DNA of 64,000 nt from Rebecca billardiae RCC1528 (taxonomy: Eukaryota; Protista; Haptophyta). Positions 23,464 to 32,931 of this stretch are shown piece after piece; the stretch's first letter is position 1; each line of letters starts with the position of its first letter. The notes under the pieces are model-generated. The model saw only the letters and a list, made by a program, of their open reading frames with translations. It searched no databases and was not told the origin of the DNA. The position numbers were made by a program, and so were the translations under genes. The DNA is taken from NCBI GenBank assembly GCA_965240325.2, contig OZ251238.1, positions 806,001-870,000 on the forward strand, read 5' to 3'.

Positions 23464-26400
23464 GGCGGCGGCGGCGGCGGGCGCGAGCGCGGCGGCGCAG
23501 GGCGGCGGCGAGGGGCCGGCGACGGCGGCCGCGGCGCCCGCCGCGGCGGCGGCCGAGGGCGCGGAGGGCGCGGAGGCGCTCGAGGCGAGCGAGGCGACGG
23601 AGGGTGGCCCGGTCCTGCTCTGCCGCCCGCGCTCGATGGCGCTGGGCGGTCATCTGATCTCAGCGCGAGTCTCCTCGGTCGCGACGACGGCCGAGCGCGG
23701 CGGCGCGGCGTTGCCGCCGCCGCCGCCGCCGCCGGCGTCGTCGGCGGGCGGCGGCGGCGTCGGCGGCGGCGGCGAGGTGCCCGGCGCGGGGTGCAGCGCC
23801 GCCAGCCTCGCCTCCGCCGACTCGACGAGCACCACGCCGCGCGCGCACGCCGCGCCGCCGCCCGCACAGCAGCAGCATGCGGTGCGGGGGCCGTGGTCAC
23901 CTCCCTTCTCCCTGGAGGCCCTCACCTCGACCGGCGCGCTGCGCGTCTCGGCGTTCGACCTCGGCGTGACGATCGCGCGCGCGCCGGGGCGCGCGGGCGC
24001 GGTGGCGAAGCAGGTGCGCATCGTCGGCCGCTTCTGCCTGTGGAACGAAACCGGGTACGCCCTCGAAGTCCGGCAGGAGGGCGTGGCGATGCAGACGCTC
24101 ACCGTGCTCGGCGCGCGCGCGGCCGGTACCACCCCCGCGCCGCGCGCGTACCATTTCCCCGAGGCGGCGGGGAAGGTGACGGGGGGCGCGCAGCTGCTGC
24201 AGCTGCGGCCGGTGCCCACGCCCGGCTCGCCCACGCTCAACTGGTCCGCCGGCATCCAGCTCGACGACGCGGGCGTTCACGAGCTCTGGTGCACGCCGGC
24301 CGCGCTCGCGCCGGGCGCGCCCGGCTGGTGGGCCGGCACAGTCGGTCTGGAGGCCCGGATTGGGGTGCGCGGCGCGCGGGTGGACGTGACGATCGGCGAG
24401 CCGAGCGGCGGCGAGGGCGAGGAGGGCGAGGGCGAGGGCGGCGCGGACGCGCCCGAGCGCGCGGAGCCCCTCGCCGCCGCGCTCGCGCTGCCGCCACCGC
24501 CGCGGCGCGCGCGCCGCCGCCGCCGCCCGCCTCTTGAGGTGTTCAACCGCTCGGCACTGCACCTCCGCCTCAGCCAGAAGGGGGTGGCGTACGCGCCGCC
24601 GCTGCGCGTGCCGCCGCGCGCGCACGGCGCGGTGGCGTACGCGCTGCCGTCGCACGTCGCGCCGCCCGTGCTCGTCGTCAGCGGCTACCTGCCCGCGGCG
24701 GACGCCGCGGCGGGCGCAGACGGCGGCGGCGGCGGCGGCGGCTCAGCAGCGCTCGGCGGCGCGCACCGGCGCGACAGGTCCGGAGGCCCGGAGTCCGGGA
24801 TGGTCGTCGTGTTCGAGCGGTTGGAGGTGGAGCTGGAGGGGCGGCGGCACACGAGCACGCAGCTGGGCGGCGGCGGCGGCGGCGGCGCGGCGGGCTCGGC
24901 GACGGCCGAGCCGGCGGGCGGCGGCGGCGTGGCGGCGGAGGGCAGGGCGGCGGCGGGCGCGGGCGCGGGCGCGGCGGACGGCGGCGCGGGCGGCGCGGAC
25001 GCGGGCATGCCGGCATGCGCTTTCGTGACGCTCGCCCTGAGCGGCAGCACGCGCGTGCTCACGTTCTCCGCGACGCGCGACGCGGCCGAGGCCGTCGCGT
25101 CCGCGGCCGACGGCGCGGACGGCGCCGCCGCCGCCGCCGAGGCCGACGGCGGCGGCTCAGACGGCGGCTCGGCGCGCCCGGCCGGGGGCCCGCAGCAGCT
25201 GGCGGCGCGCGCCGCGCCATCTGTTATCCTCACCGCCTCGCTCGCCCACGTCGGCGTCTCGCTCGTGGGGTACTCGGAGGAGCTGGTGTACGCGTCGGCG
25301 ACCTCGCTGCTCGCGCAGCTGCGCGCGACGCACGACGAGCGCGCGCTCGCCCTCCGCCTCGGCCGGCTCCAGATCGACCAGCAGCAGGCGCGCGCGGCCG
25401 CGCCTGTCATTCTCAGGCTCACGCCCGCGACGGCCGCGGCCGCGGCGCAGCGCGCGGCGGGCGCGCAGGAGGCGCAGGGCGGCTCGGGGTTCGTCGTGGA
25501 CGAGGCGGATGAGGCGCTCGCCCAGCTCGTCGCGGCGCCCGCGGCCGTGACCGTCGCGGCGGCCGTGCGCGTGCGTCCGCCCGCGCGCGCCGCGGGCGCG
25601 GCCGCCGCCGTGCAGGGCGGCGGCGGCCCGCTCGGGCGCGCGGGCGCGGAGCGTCAGCGAGGCGTGTCTGGCCCGGCGGCGGTGGGCGGCAGCGCGGTGG
25701 GTGCGCTGCCGTTCGGCGGGCCCAGCCGCGTGGCCTCCCGCCGCACCTCGCTCGCGCTCGGCTCGACGCCACCGCCGGAGCGAGCAGACACCGCCGCCGC
25801 CAACGCCGCCGCCAACGCCGCCGCCAACGCCGCCGCCAACGCCGCCGCCGCCGCCGCCGGTCAGGGTGGGCGGCCGGCGTTGCTCTGGTGCCGCCGGCTG
25901 CAGCTGGGGCTGTCCGGCTTGGAGGTGGTGCTCGAGCCGCTGCTGCTCGAGTCGGCGCTGCTGTACGCGCAGGCCGCGCAGCTCTCGAGCCTCGGCAGCC
26001 GCGCGCTCGCCCTCGCGAGCGGCGGCGGCGGCGGCGCAGCCGAGGACCCGGCCGGCAGCGCCGCGGCCGGCGCGGCGCTCGGCGCGCCGAGCCCGCTCGC
26101 GCCGCCCGCCGTGCGCGCGGCGCAGCGGATCTATTTCGAGCGGGTGCAGATCGCGCCGGCGCAGCTCTCGGCGGCGTTCCGGCACTCGAGCGTGCGCGCG
26201 GACGTGTCCGGCCTCTCGCAGGTCGAGCGAGATTCAATCTCGCTGCTCCGCCACCTGCCCGAGGTGCAGCCGACGGCGCTGCGCATCGAGGCGCTCTCAA
26301 TCGCGCACACACTCGAGACCGCCGCGGGCGTGGCCGAGCGCGTGGGCGCGCACGCGCGCACGGAGCTCACGCGCCAGGCGCACAAGCTGCTGCTGCAGGT

Positions 26401-28096
26401 CGGGCCGGTGGGCGAGCAGTCCTCGCTCGCGCGGCTCGGCGCGCTGCTGCGCCCGGGGCACGCACTGCGCGCGGCGCGCGTGCGCGGCGGGCCGGGCGGC
26501 GCGCAGCCGGGCGGCGGCGGCGCGCCCAGCTCGGTCGGCGCGCGCGGCGCCTCGGTCGCTGACGGCGGCGGTGAGCCGCGCGGCGGCGGCGGCGGGAGTG
26601 GCGGCAGCTTCGCCTCCGCCGCGCCGCGCGCCGCCTCCGCAGACGAGTCGCCCGCGCCGCGCGCGCCGCGCGCCGCCGCCGGCGCTGCCGCCGGCGCGTC
26701 GGCGCGCATCCGCACCGCGCTCTTTGGAGCAGGCAGGAGCGGCGGCGGCGGCGGCGCGGCGGCCGGCGGCGGCGGCACGGGCGGCGGCGGCTCGCGCGAC
26801 GCGGACGGCGCGTCCGGCCCGGGCTGCGCGCCCGCCCTCCCCGCCGCCGCGTCCGCCGCGTCCGCGCCGCCGCCGAGCCGCTCCGAGGCGATGACGCGCT
26901 CGGTGATCGGAGGCACGACCGGCCTCGGCCGCGGCGTGCTGTCCGGTGTGCTTGGCGTCGTGGCCGAGCCCGTGCGCGGCGCGCAGCGGGCGGGCGTCGC
27001 CGGCTTCATCGGCGGCGTGGGCCGGGGGCTCGCGGGCGCCGCGATCAAGCCGACAGTTGGCGTGATCGAATTCGCCGGCGGGCTGGTCGGCGCGCACCCG
27101 GGCGCTTTCCTGGACGCCGCCGCGGCCGCGGCCGATCGGCGAGGCTGGCTGCAGGGGCGCGTGCGCCCGCCGCGCGCGCTGCACGGCCCGCTCGGCGCGA
27201 TCCGAGCGTTCGAGCTCGTGCCCGCGCTCACCGCGTCGGCGCTGGTGACGGCGGCGCGCGCGTCGGCCGCGGGGCCCGCCGCGTACGCGCACGAGGTGCT
27301 GCAGTGGGCGCGGCTGCTGCTGCCCGTCACCACCACGGCCGCGAGGCGGCCGAGCGATGGCGCCGCGCCGCGCGGCGGCGCGGCCGCGCGCGACGGCGAG
27401 GCGCCGCGCGGCGCAGAGCCGGACGAGGCGGACGAGGCGGCGGCCGCGGCGGTGCTCGGCGCGCACGGCGCGCTGCCCGTCGCCGTGCTGACCGGCCTCC
27501 GCCTGCTTGTCGTCGACTGCGCCAGTGGCGCGGTGAGCGTGCACGCGCCGCTCGGCCGCGTGCGCGCCGCCGAGCTCGCGCCAGACCGCGCGCGGCCGAG
27601 CGTGCAGCTGGAGCTGACACCGGCGGCGGGCGGCGTGCGCGGCATGGTGGGCGGCGGCTCGCGCGGCGGCGCGACCGCGACAATCATCGCGGTTGTGTGC
27701 GCGAGCGAGCAGCTCGCGCGCTCGCTACACGCCGCGCTGCAGACCGCGCTCGCCGAGCATCGCGCGAGGCTCACCCTGCAGCGCAGGGGCAAGGCGGCGG
27801 GCGGTGGTGCCAAGGGCGGCGCGGACGGCGGCACGGCTGCGCCGAGCGAGGCGAGAGGCGGCGCGGCCGGCGCGGAGCCGGAGGGCAAGATGCCGGCGCG
27901 CGAGCCCGGTGAGCCCGGCGGCGCGCCCGCTGACGGCGGTGCCGACACCGACGGCGACGCCGAGCAGCAGGGCCGGCAGGCTTTGTCATCGGCACGCCAG
28001 AGCAACAGCGCCGCCGGCAGCGACGCTGACGACGACGGCGTCGTGATGATGGTGGCGGACGACGACGACGACGACCCGTACGAGACCGATTATTAA
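7092..28096 (+). CDS. VPS13: VPS13-family bridge-like lipid transfer protein (~7,000 aa), with one apparent frameshift near 20006
   Basis: Chorein_N start (MEQLVMWVLRRLV...GRVELRNARLRAAALRRLNLPLAV...IDIRLPW); PRAWWRW; WEPLLEP; six Asn-anchored VAB repeats (VVVNETG, VQLRNATP, LEIENLLP, HIHNETE, CLWNETG, EVFNRS); LQIDQQ; IYFERVQI; ATG2_C-like GLGRGVLSGVLGVVAEPVRGAQRAGVAGFIGGVGRGLAGAAIKPTVG; RVRPPR. Built by joining ORFs 6801-20720 and 20045-28096. Confidence 0.88.
10209..10319 (+). repeat. Coding minisatellite, 21-bp unit x5 plus a partial copy, encoding (ADGGGGG)n in VPS13
   Basis: Perfect GCGGACGGAGGCGGCGGGGGC repeats starting at 10209, 10230, 10251, 10272 and 10293. Confidence 0.9.
10991..11025 (+). 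repeat. Degenerate interstitial telomere-like (CCCTAA)n run inside the VPS13 reading frame
   Basis: CCCGAA CCCTCA CCCTGC CCCTAA CCCTAA CCTAG, translating as PNPHPAPNPNL. Confidence 0.4.
21150..21985 (+). other. Two tandem GRAM (PH-like) domains embedded in VPS13
   Basis: EWRAAFPQLPPTESLLRAWSAGL...SGRLFLSTAHVAFF...FSGFSSRNGA and RFRELFAL...EVVLHEFRCAL...QGKLYVSQTVVAF...FMSARDVA match the GRAM pattern F..F.LP..E.L...(C/S)AL...GRL(Y/F)(L/V)S...F...F..RD. Confidence 0.75.
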
Positions 28097-28691
28097 GCGG
28101 CGCGGCGCCATCACTGCTGCCACTGATGACTCTCACACTGACACAGCACCCGGCCCGAGCGGCGAGCAGCCGGCCCGTTATCACACGAGTAGGCGGACAG
28201 CTTCTGCGCCAACACCCCAGACCACCAGAGCGCGGCACCTGGCAGCACATGTTGTCGCCACCGCGAAATGGTGGCGCAGCTCTCCATCTGCCAAGAGGAA
28301 GACAAAGGAAGCAATCGTACCAGTACCGCGTAGTCTCGGCGACTCGCGCCATAATCTCAGTAAACTTGGTTAAAACGGTCCGACCAGTGCTCATATTAGG
28401 GGTTGAGGAAGGAAATCACGCCTTAACCAAGTGTGCACGTTAAAACATAGTAAACTGTACCAAAAGTCATGTGACCGATCTCGGAGTGATCTTGATGAGC
28501 CGGAAGCTAGAGTCCGAAGAGGGGGTAAAAATCATGTGTGCCAGAACATTTCATTGGATGGCGAGCCGTATCGTTCGTCATGACGCACAACACACTTTTA
28601 CCTGATGCTCCCCCCCCGACTCCTCTACCGTATTGGCAAATACGGCAATGTTCGCGCGCGAGGCGTCCAATCTTCGTATGTGAAGAGCCGT

Positions 28692-28798
28692 TACTTTCAT
28701 ACAAACATTCCCCCTACTTTCATACAAACATTCCCCCTACTTTCATACAAACATTCCCCCTACTTTCATACAAACATTCCCCCTACTTTCATACAAAC
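28692..28798. repeat. 23-bp AT-rich tandem repeat (4 full copies + 15 bp)
   Basis: TACTTTCATACAAACATTCCCCC at 28692, 28715, 28738 and 28761, with a partial copy at 28784. No spacers. Confidence 0.95.
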
Positions 28799-28879
28799 GT
28801 GTCTCATGACGAGTACTCACATCATATAGTAGGGCGTCCGGTCATAGTCTTGGCTTATAGTCGTTTCGATAACCGCGCG

Positions 28880-31800
28880 ATGACGAGCGCAGGAAACACG
28901 CGCGTGACTCGGCCGGAGAAAAGTGTCTCAGCTGCAGCCGGTTCGACTGCAGTTCGTGAGTGTGTCCGCCGTGAACGGCGACGCACGAGACGTGGTGCCT
29001 CCGCCGGCGCTGTGGCGGTGGTCCCAATGGGAGGGCCTCAACCTGCTCCCAGGGCTGCCCTCGCCGAGATGCGTCGCGTCTATGATTCCATCCCCGAGTG
29101 GATGGTCGACGAACGACTCCATGTTAAGCGCGCACGAGGCGATGTCCTGCGCCTCGCGATGCCTCGGCCCCGGGGGCTGCACGAGACGCTCGGGCTGAGC
29201 ATGCCGGGGGCGGACCCCCTCGACGCGTCGGCGACGCACATGGCCGTGCTTACACGCGTCATGCGCTGCATTCCTGTACACATGCGCGACGAACATGGGT
29301 GTGTCAGACGAGCACTGCGCGAGGCGAATGCTCCGCCTCGCCCTCAGCGCGTCGAGCGATGCCGGCGCGCGACGCGCGGGCTCGACCTTCCGGGCGTGGA
29401 CAGCTTCGACGTGACGGGCACTCAGATTGCCGTGCTGGAGCGCGTCGCACGCTGCGTGCCCGCGCACATGCATGCCGTGCACGCACGCGTGCAAGGTGCG
29501 CTGCGCGTGGCACACTGTGATGACGACGTCAAGCGGCGGCGCGCGCTGGTGGACTGGCGCGCGGGCGATCTGGCGCTGGCCACGGAATCGTGCCTCGCAC
29601 GCCGGCGCGCGCGCGACGAGCGGGCGCAACGCGCCGCGGCACGCGCACGCGTGCGTGCGTGCCGAAGCGGAGCAGGCTGGCACGTGTTCGAGGAGAATCC
29701 GGCGCGACGCGTTGGTGGCGGCGTGCGCAGGCGGCGTGCGCGGGCCAGCCGCCGCAGCACCCTGTCTCGGCGTCATGCGACATCCGACGCGGTGCCCCGA
29801 GACACTGCCGAGATGTCGCGCGCGCCGCAGCACGCCGCGCTCGACCACGATTCGATTCGGTGCAAGGCGACCGCCGAGCAGCGCCGCGCGCTCAGCAGCA
29901 TGCAAGCAGCAATGCAGCGTGCTGACGGCGCAGGAGCCGATGCAGCACGGCGCAAGGCGTACGGCGCGGGCGTGCGCGCCGCGTGCACGGCGCTGCGCGT
30001 TTGCGCCTCGAACGCGCCCACTCTTCCCGAGGACGACGCGCTGCTCGAATCGGCGATGATGATCGCCGCGCGCGCTGGGCTGCTCTGGTTTGGCCGCGCG
30101 CCGCCATCGCAGCTGCTCGCACCACCACCTGCGGCTGGGGTGCAAGCCCTCTCTGCCGTCGCTCGCGCCTCGAAGGCGGAGTCGGGCTGGCGGGACGTGG
30201 CGTTTGCCGTCGCGCACGCGCGGCTGCGGCGTGAGCGCGCCGCGCGCGCCATCCAACGGCGCGCACGCCCGCTGTGGCGAATCCGCGGCACCGCCGCTGG
30301 CGCGCGCGTGGAGTTGGGGCGTGCGCCGCGGCGCGTGGGCGCGGTGCGCGGCGCGCTCGGCATCGTCTGCATGGAGCGGCGGCGCGCGCGGCTGCTGGCC
30401 GACGAGGAGATGCTGATGCCCGGTGGCGACTACTACTACACGCCGATGGCGTACGCGCCGGGTGCGATCGCCGGCGCCGAGCCCGCTTCGACGCCGCCGC
30501 CGCAGCTGCCGCCGTCGCACGACCGCATCGCGTCAACCTCTGCCGGGCAGCACTCGCGGGCAGCCTCGGGCTGCTGCTCTGCGGCAGGCTGCGCCGCGCG
30601 CGTGGGCCGCCCAGCGCCCGTGGCGGCGCACGCGCTGTACGCGGTGCCGTGCGCGCACGTTGGCGCACCGCATCGTGATCGTGCGGCGAGCGAGGCGGAC
30701 ACGGCGCCACCGTGCGGAGCTGGCGAGCAGGGCGGGCACTTGGCGCCAAGTTTGGTGGCGCGGCCCGGCGCGCACGTGGACGGCGACTGGCTCAACGCGC
30801 GCGCGCGCGGCGGCGGCGCATCGCTGGCAGCGATGCTGGGCGTGGACGGATTGGCAACCGTCCGCGATATCATCGTGGCGCGCGTCAAGTCCTCGAACTT
30901 CTCGGTCGAGCAGAGCCTCGCCGTGCTCGAGACCGGGCTGGGCTACGGCGCGGCCGCTGAGCATCCCGCGCTGAGCCGTGTCGCGCCAGACCAGATCCGC
31001 AGGCATCGTCACCGCCTGCGCGCGCTGCTGGGGAAGCACGCACCCACCGCCGTCCAGCGGCTCGACGCGCACCGCGCTTCAAGCGCACGCGGCGGCGCTG
31101 CTCCATCCGTATCGGCTGCGACGGCTGCCCCGCAGACCGACGCACACCGTGCCCCGAGCACGCGCGATGGCGCCGCAGCTGCTGACCACCGCGCGCCCCA
31201 CCTGACGCGGTCGGAGTCGACGACGCGGCGTCCATCCACCACGCAGACGGAGGCTGACGGGAGCGCCATATCGTCGCCGCCGGCCACGTTGCTGCTGGAG
31301 GTCCTCGGCGCCCAGGCGCATGCGCGCGTGTGCGCGCTCATCAGCTCGCGCTCGCAGTCCCAGCTCTTCTCGCTCGAGCAGAGCCTCGCGGTGTTGGAGA
31401 CGGGTGTGGTCGGCGCGCCGCCGGGCCGCCATGCGCTCCTCGCGGACCTCAAGCCCCAGCAGTGCCGGTCGCATCGCTGGGCGCTGCACAACCTGCTGCG
31501 CGGCGAATGCGCCGACGCGCTCGAGCGTCTGCAGGCCAAGAGCGTCGAGCTTCCTCGCCGCCCCGCCGCCGGCAAGCGGCCGCGCGCCGCCGACTCGGTG
31601 GCGAGCGCGCCGGGCGCACGCGACGCGTGGCCCAAGGCTCTGCAGCGCGCGCTCGGGGCCGAGGGCCGCGCGCAGCTGCACTCCGTGCTCGACGAGCACG
31701 CGAGCGAGCTGTGCCTGCCGGTGGACGACGCGCTCGCCGTGCTCTTCATGCAGTTCGACGGCCGCTCCGCCAAGAGCATGTCGCAACGTCATCGGCAGGC

Positions 31801-32584
31801 GTCGAAGCCCGCGCTCGCGCAGTGCGCGCGCCAGCTGCAGGACCTTTTGCGCGCGCACGCGCCGCGCGCGCACGCCTGCGTCTGGCCGCTCAGCACGCTC
31901 TCGGGCGGCTCGCCGTGCGGCACCGACGCGGGCGAGGCGGCGCCGCGCGCGCACGAGGTGGAGCCGTCCGTGACCGACATGGACGTCGACCCCACCAGCC
32001 CCGCCGCCGCGCAGCTCGGCGACACGGCCGAGGCCTCGTTGCCCACCGGCTGTGAGGGCGTCGACGCCCACGCGGCGCGCGGCGCGCAGGCGGCGCGCGG
32101 CGCGCAGGGGGAGCGGCAGCCGGGCACCGAGCCGCAGGGCGAGCTCTCGCCGGAGGACTCGCCCGAGCGCGCGTTCGGGCGCTTGCACGCCGCGCTGCGC
32201 ACCATGCACGACGAGCGCGTCCTGCGATTCTACACGCAGAACGACTCGTCGTGGACGATCGAGCAGGACATCGGCCTGCTGCAGACGCAGTACGCTCACG
32301 TGCTGCACGCGACACCGCAGCGCGCGTGGCCCGCATTCGAGGGGAAGACGCCGAGGGCGTGCAAGGAGCGGCTGCTGCGGCTGCGGGAGGTCGTGGACAG
32401 GCTCGAGCCGCGGCTGCTCGCGACGCTCTTCCCCGCCGACGCAGACGACGAGCTGCGCGAGCTCGTCCGACGCTGCGCCGATCCTGCCGAGCGCGCGCGC
32501 CTGTGTGAGGCCGAGACGGGCGAGCTGCCGAGCGCGACTGCCGCGCTGCGCGCGGCCACGGCCGGGATGCCCGAGGCGCATTAA
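28880..32584 (+). CDS. Orphan ~1,190-1,230-aa protein with two internal repeat families (possibly mobile-element derived)
   Basis: Long ORF with GC3-biased codons from ATG 28880 or 29027. It has ~60-aa repeats (GL.(M/L)PG.D..D...T..AVL.RV.RC(I/V)P.HM) and four ~80-aa helical repeats (FS(V/L)EQSLAVLETG-type). The 28538 start in the track is a GTG and the frame runs through the minisatellite. Confidence 0.6.
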   Translation: MTSAGNTRVTRPEKSVSAAAGSTAVRECVRRERRRTRRGASAGAVAVVPMGGPQPAPRAALAEMRRVYDSIPEWMVDERLHVKRARGDVLRLAMPRPRGLHETLGLSMPGADPLDASATHMAVLTRVMRCIPVHMRDEHGCVRRALREANAPPRPQRVERCRRATRGLDLPGVDSFDVTGTQIAVLERVARCVPAHMHAVHARVQGALRVAHCDDDVKRRRALVDWRAGDLALATESCLARRRARDERAQRAAARARVRACRSGAGWHVFEENPARRVGGGVRRRRARASRRSTLSRRHATSDAVPRDTAEMSRAPQHAALDHDSIRCKATAEQRRALSSMQAAMQRADGAGADAARRKAYGAGVRAACTALRVCASNAPTLPEDDALLESAMMIAARAGLLWFGRAPPSQLLAPPPAAGVQALSAVARASKAESGWRDVAFAVAHARLRRERAARAIQRRARPLWRIRGTAAGARVELGRAPRRVGAVRGALGIVCMERRRARLLADEEMLMPGGDYYYTPMAYAPGAIAGAEPASTPPPQLPPSHDRIASTSAGQHSRAASGCCSAAGCAARVGRPAPVAAHALYAVPCAHVGAPHRDRAASEADTAPPCGAGEQGGHLAPSLVARPGAHVDGDWLNARARGGGASLAAMLGVDGLATVRDIIVARVKSSNFSVEQSLAVLETGLGYGAAAEHPALSRVAPDQIRRHRHRLRALLGKHAPTAVQRLDAHRASSARGGAAPSVSAATAAPQTDAHRAPSTRDGAAAADHRAPHLTRSESTTRRPSTTQTEADGSAISSPPATLLLEVLGAQAHARVCALISSRSQSQLFSLEQSLAVLETGVVGAPPGRHALLADLKPQQCRSHRWALHNLLRGECADALERLQAKSVELPRRPAAGKRPRAADSVASAPGARDAWPKALQRALGAEGRAQLHSVLDEHASELCLPVDDALAVLFMQFDGRSAKSMSQRHRQASKPALAQCARQLQDLLRAHAPRAHACVWPLSTLSGGSPCGTDAGEAAPRAHEVEPSVTDMDVDPTSPAAAQLGDTAEASLPTGCEGVDAHAARGAQAARGAQGERQPGTEPQGELSPEDSPERAFGRLHAALRTMHDERVLRFYTQNDSSWTIEQDIGLLQTQYAHVLHATPQRAWPAFEGKTPRACKERLLRLREVVDRLEPRLLATLFPADADDELRELVRRCADPAERARLCEAETGELPSATAALRAATAGMPEAH

Positions 32585-32931
32585 TCATCATCCATCGATG
32601 TTCAATCACACTGAATCGGATTAATTGTATTCATCATAGCTCCCTGGGCCGGGTGAGTTCCCATATTCGATATATTCATGAAGGCATAAACCACTGAGAA
32701 TCCATGACTTATCCACACGATTCTCGCCTGAGCCACCTAGGCCCAAGCTTGGGACAGCCAGTCAGCAGTCATCTCATCAGCGAACCGCCAAATCGGCGAA
32801 ATCGCCAGAGCCGCGCGCCCCAAGCACAGCTTCGGAGGTCAATCTCACGCCGCGAGCGAGGGGCGTCGTCGTCGCCCATCACAGCCAACACATCGTCGCA
32901 GACGACCGAGTGACCGCGATCCACGAGCGAA

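Noticed and set aside
4069-28046. Many overlapping 200-1,000-aa ORFs across the kinase and VPS13
   Set aside because: Expected from stop-codon scarcity at this GC content; none shows recognisable motifs.
28692-28798. 23-bp direct repeats as a CRISPR array
   Set aside because: Copies are head-to-tail with no spacers, there are no cas genes, and the context is eukaryotic.
30790-30815. LNARARGG as a ubiquitin-like LRLRGG cleavage site in the orphan ORF
   Set aside because: No ubiquitin fold upstream, and RGG is common by chance in GC-rich frames.
28394-32740. TAGGGGTTGAGG / CCTGAGCCACCTA as TIRs, or TTAA sites as piggyBac ends, around the orphan ORF
   Set aside because: Poor inverted match, no flanking direct repeat, and no CCC...GGG termini.
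32704-32931. Stop-codon readthrough from the upstream in-frame 69-aa ORF into the giant gene
   Set aside because: The upstream peptide has non-host codon usage and no signal-peptide character.
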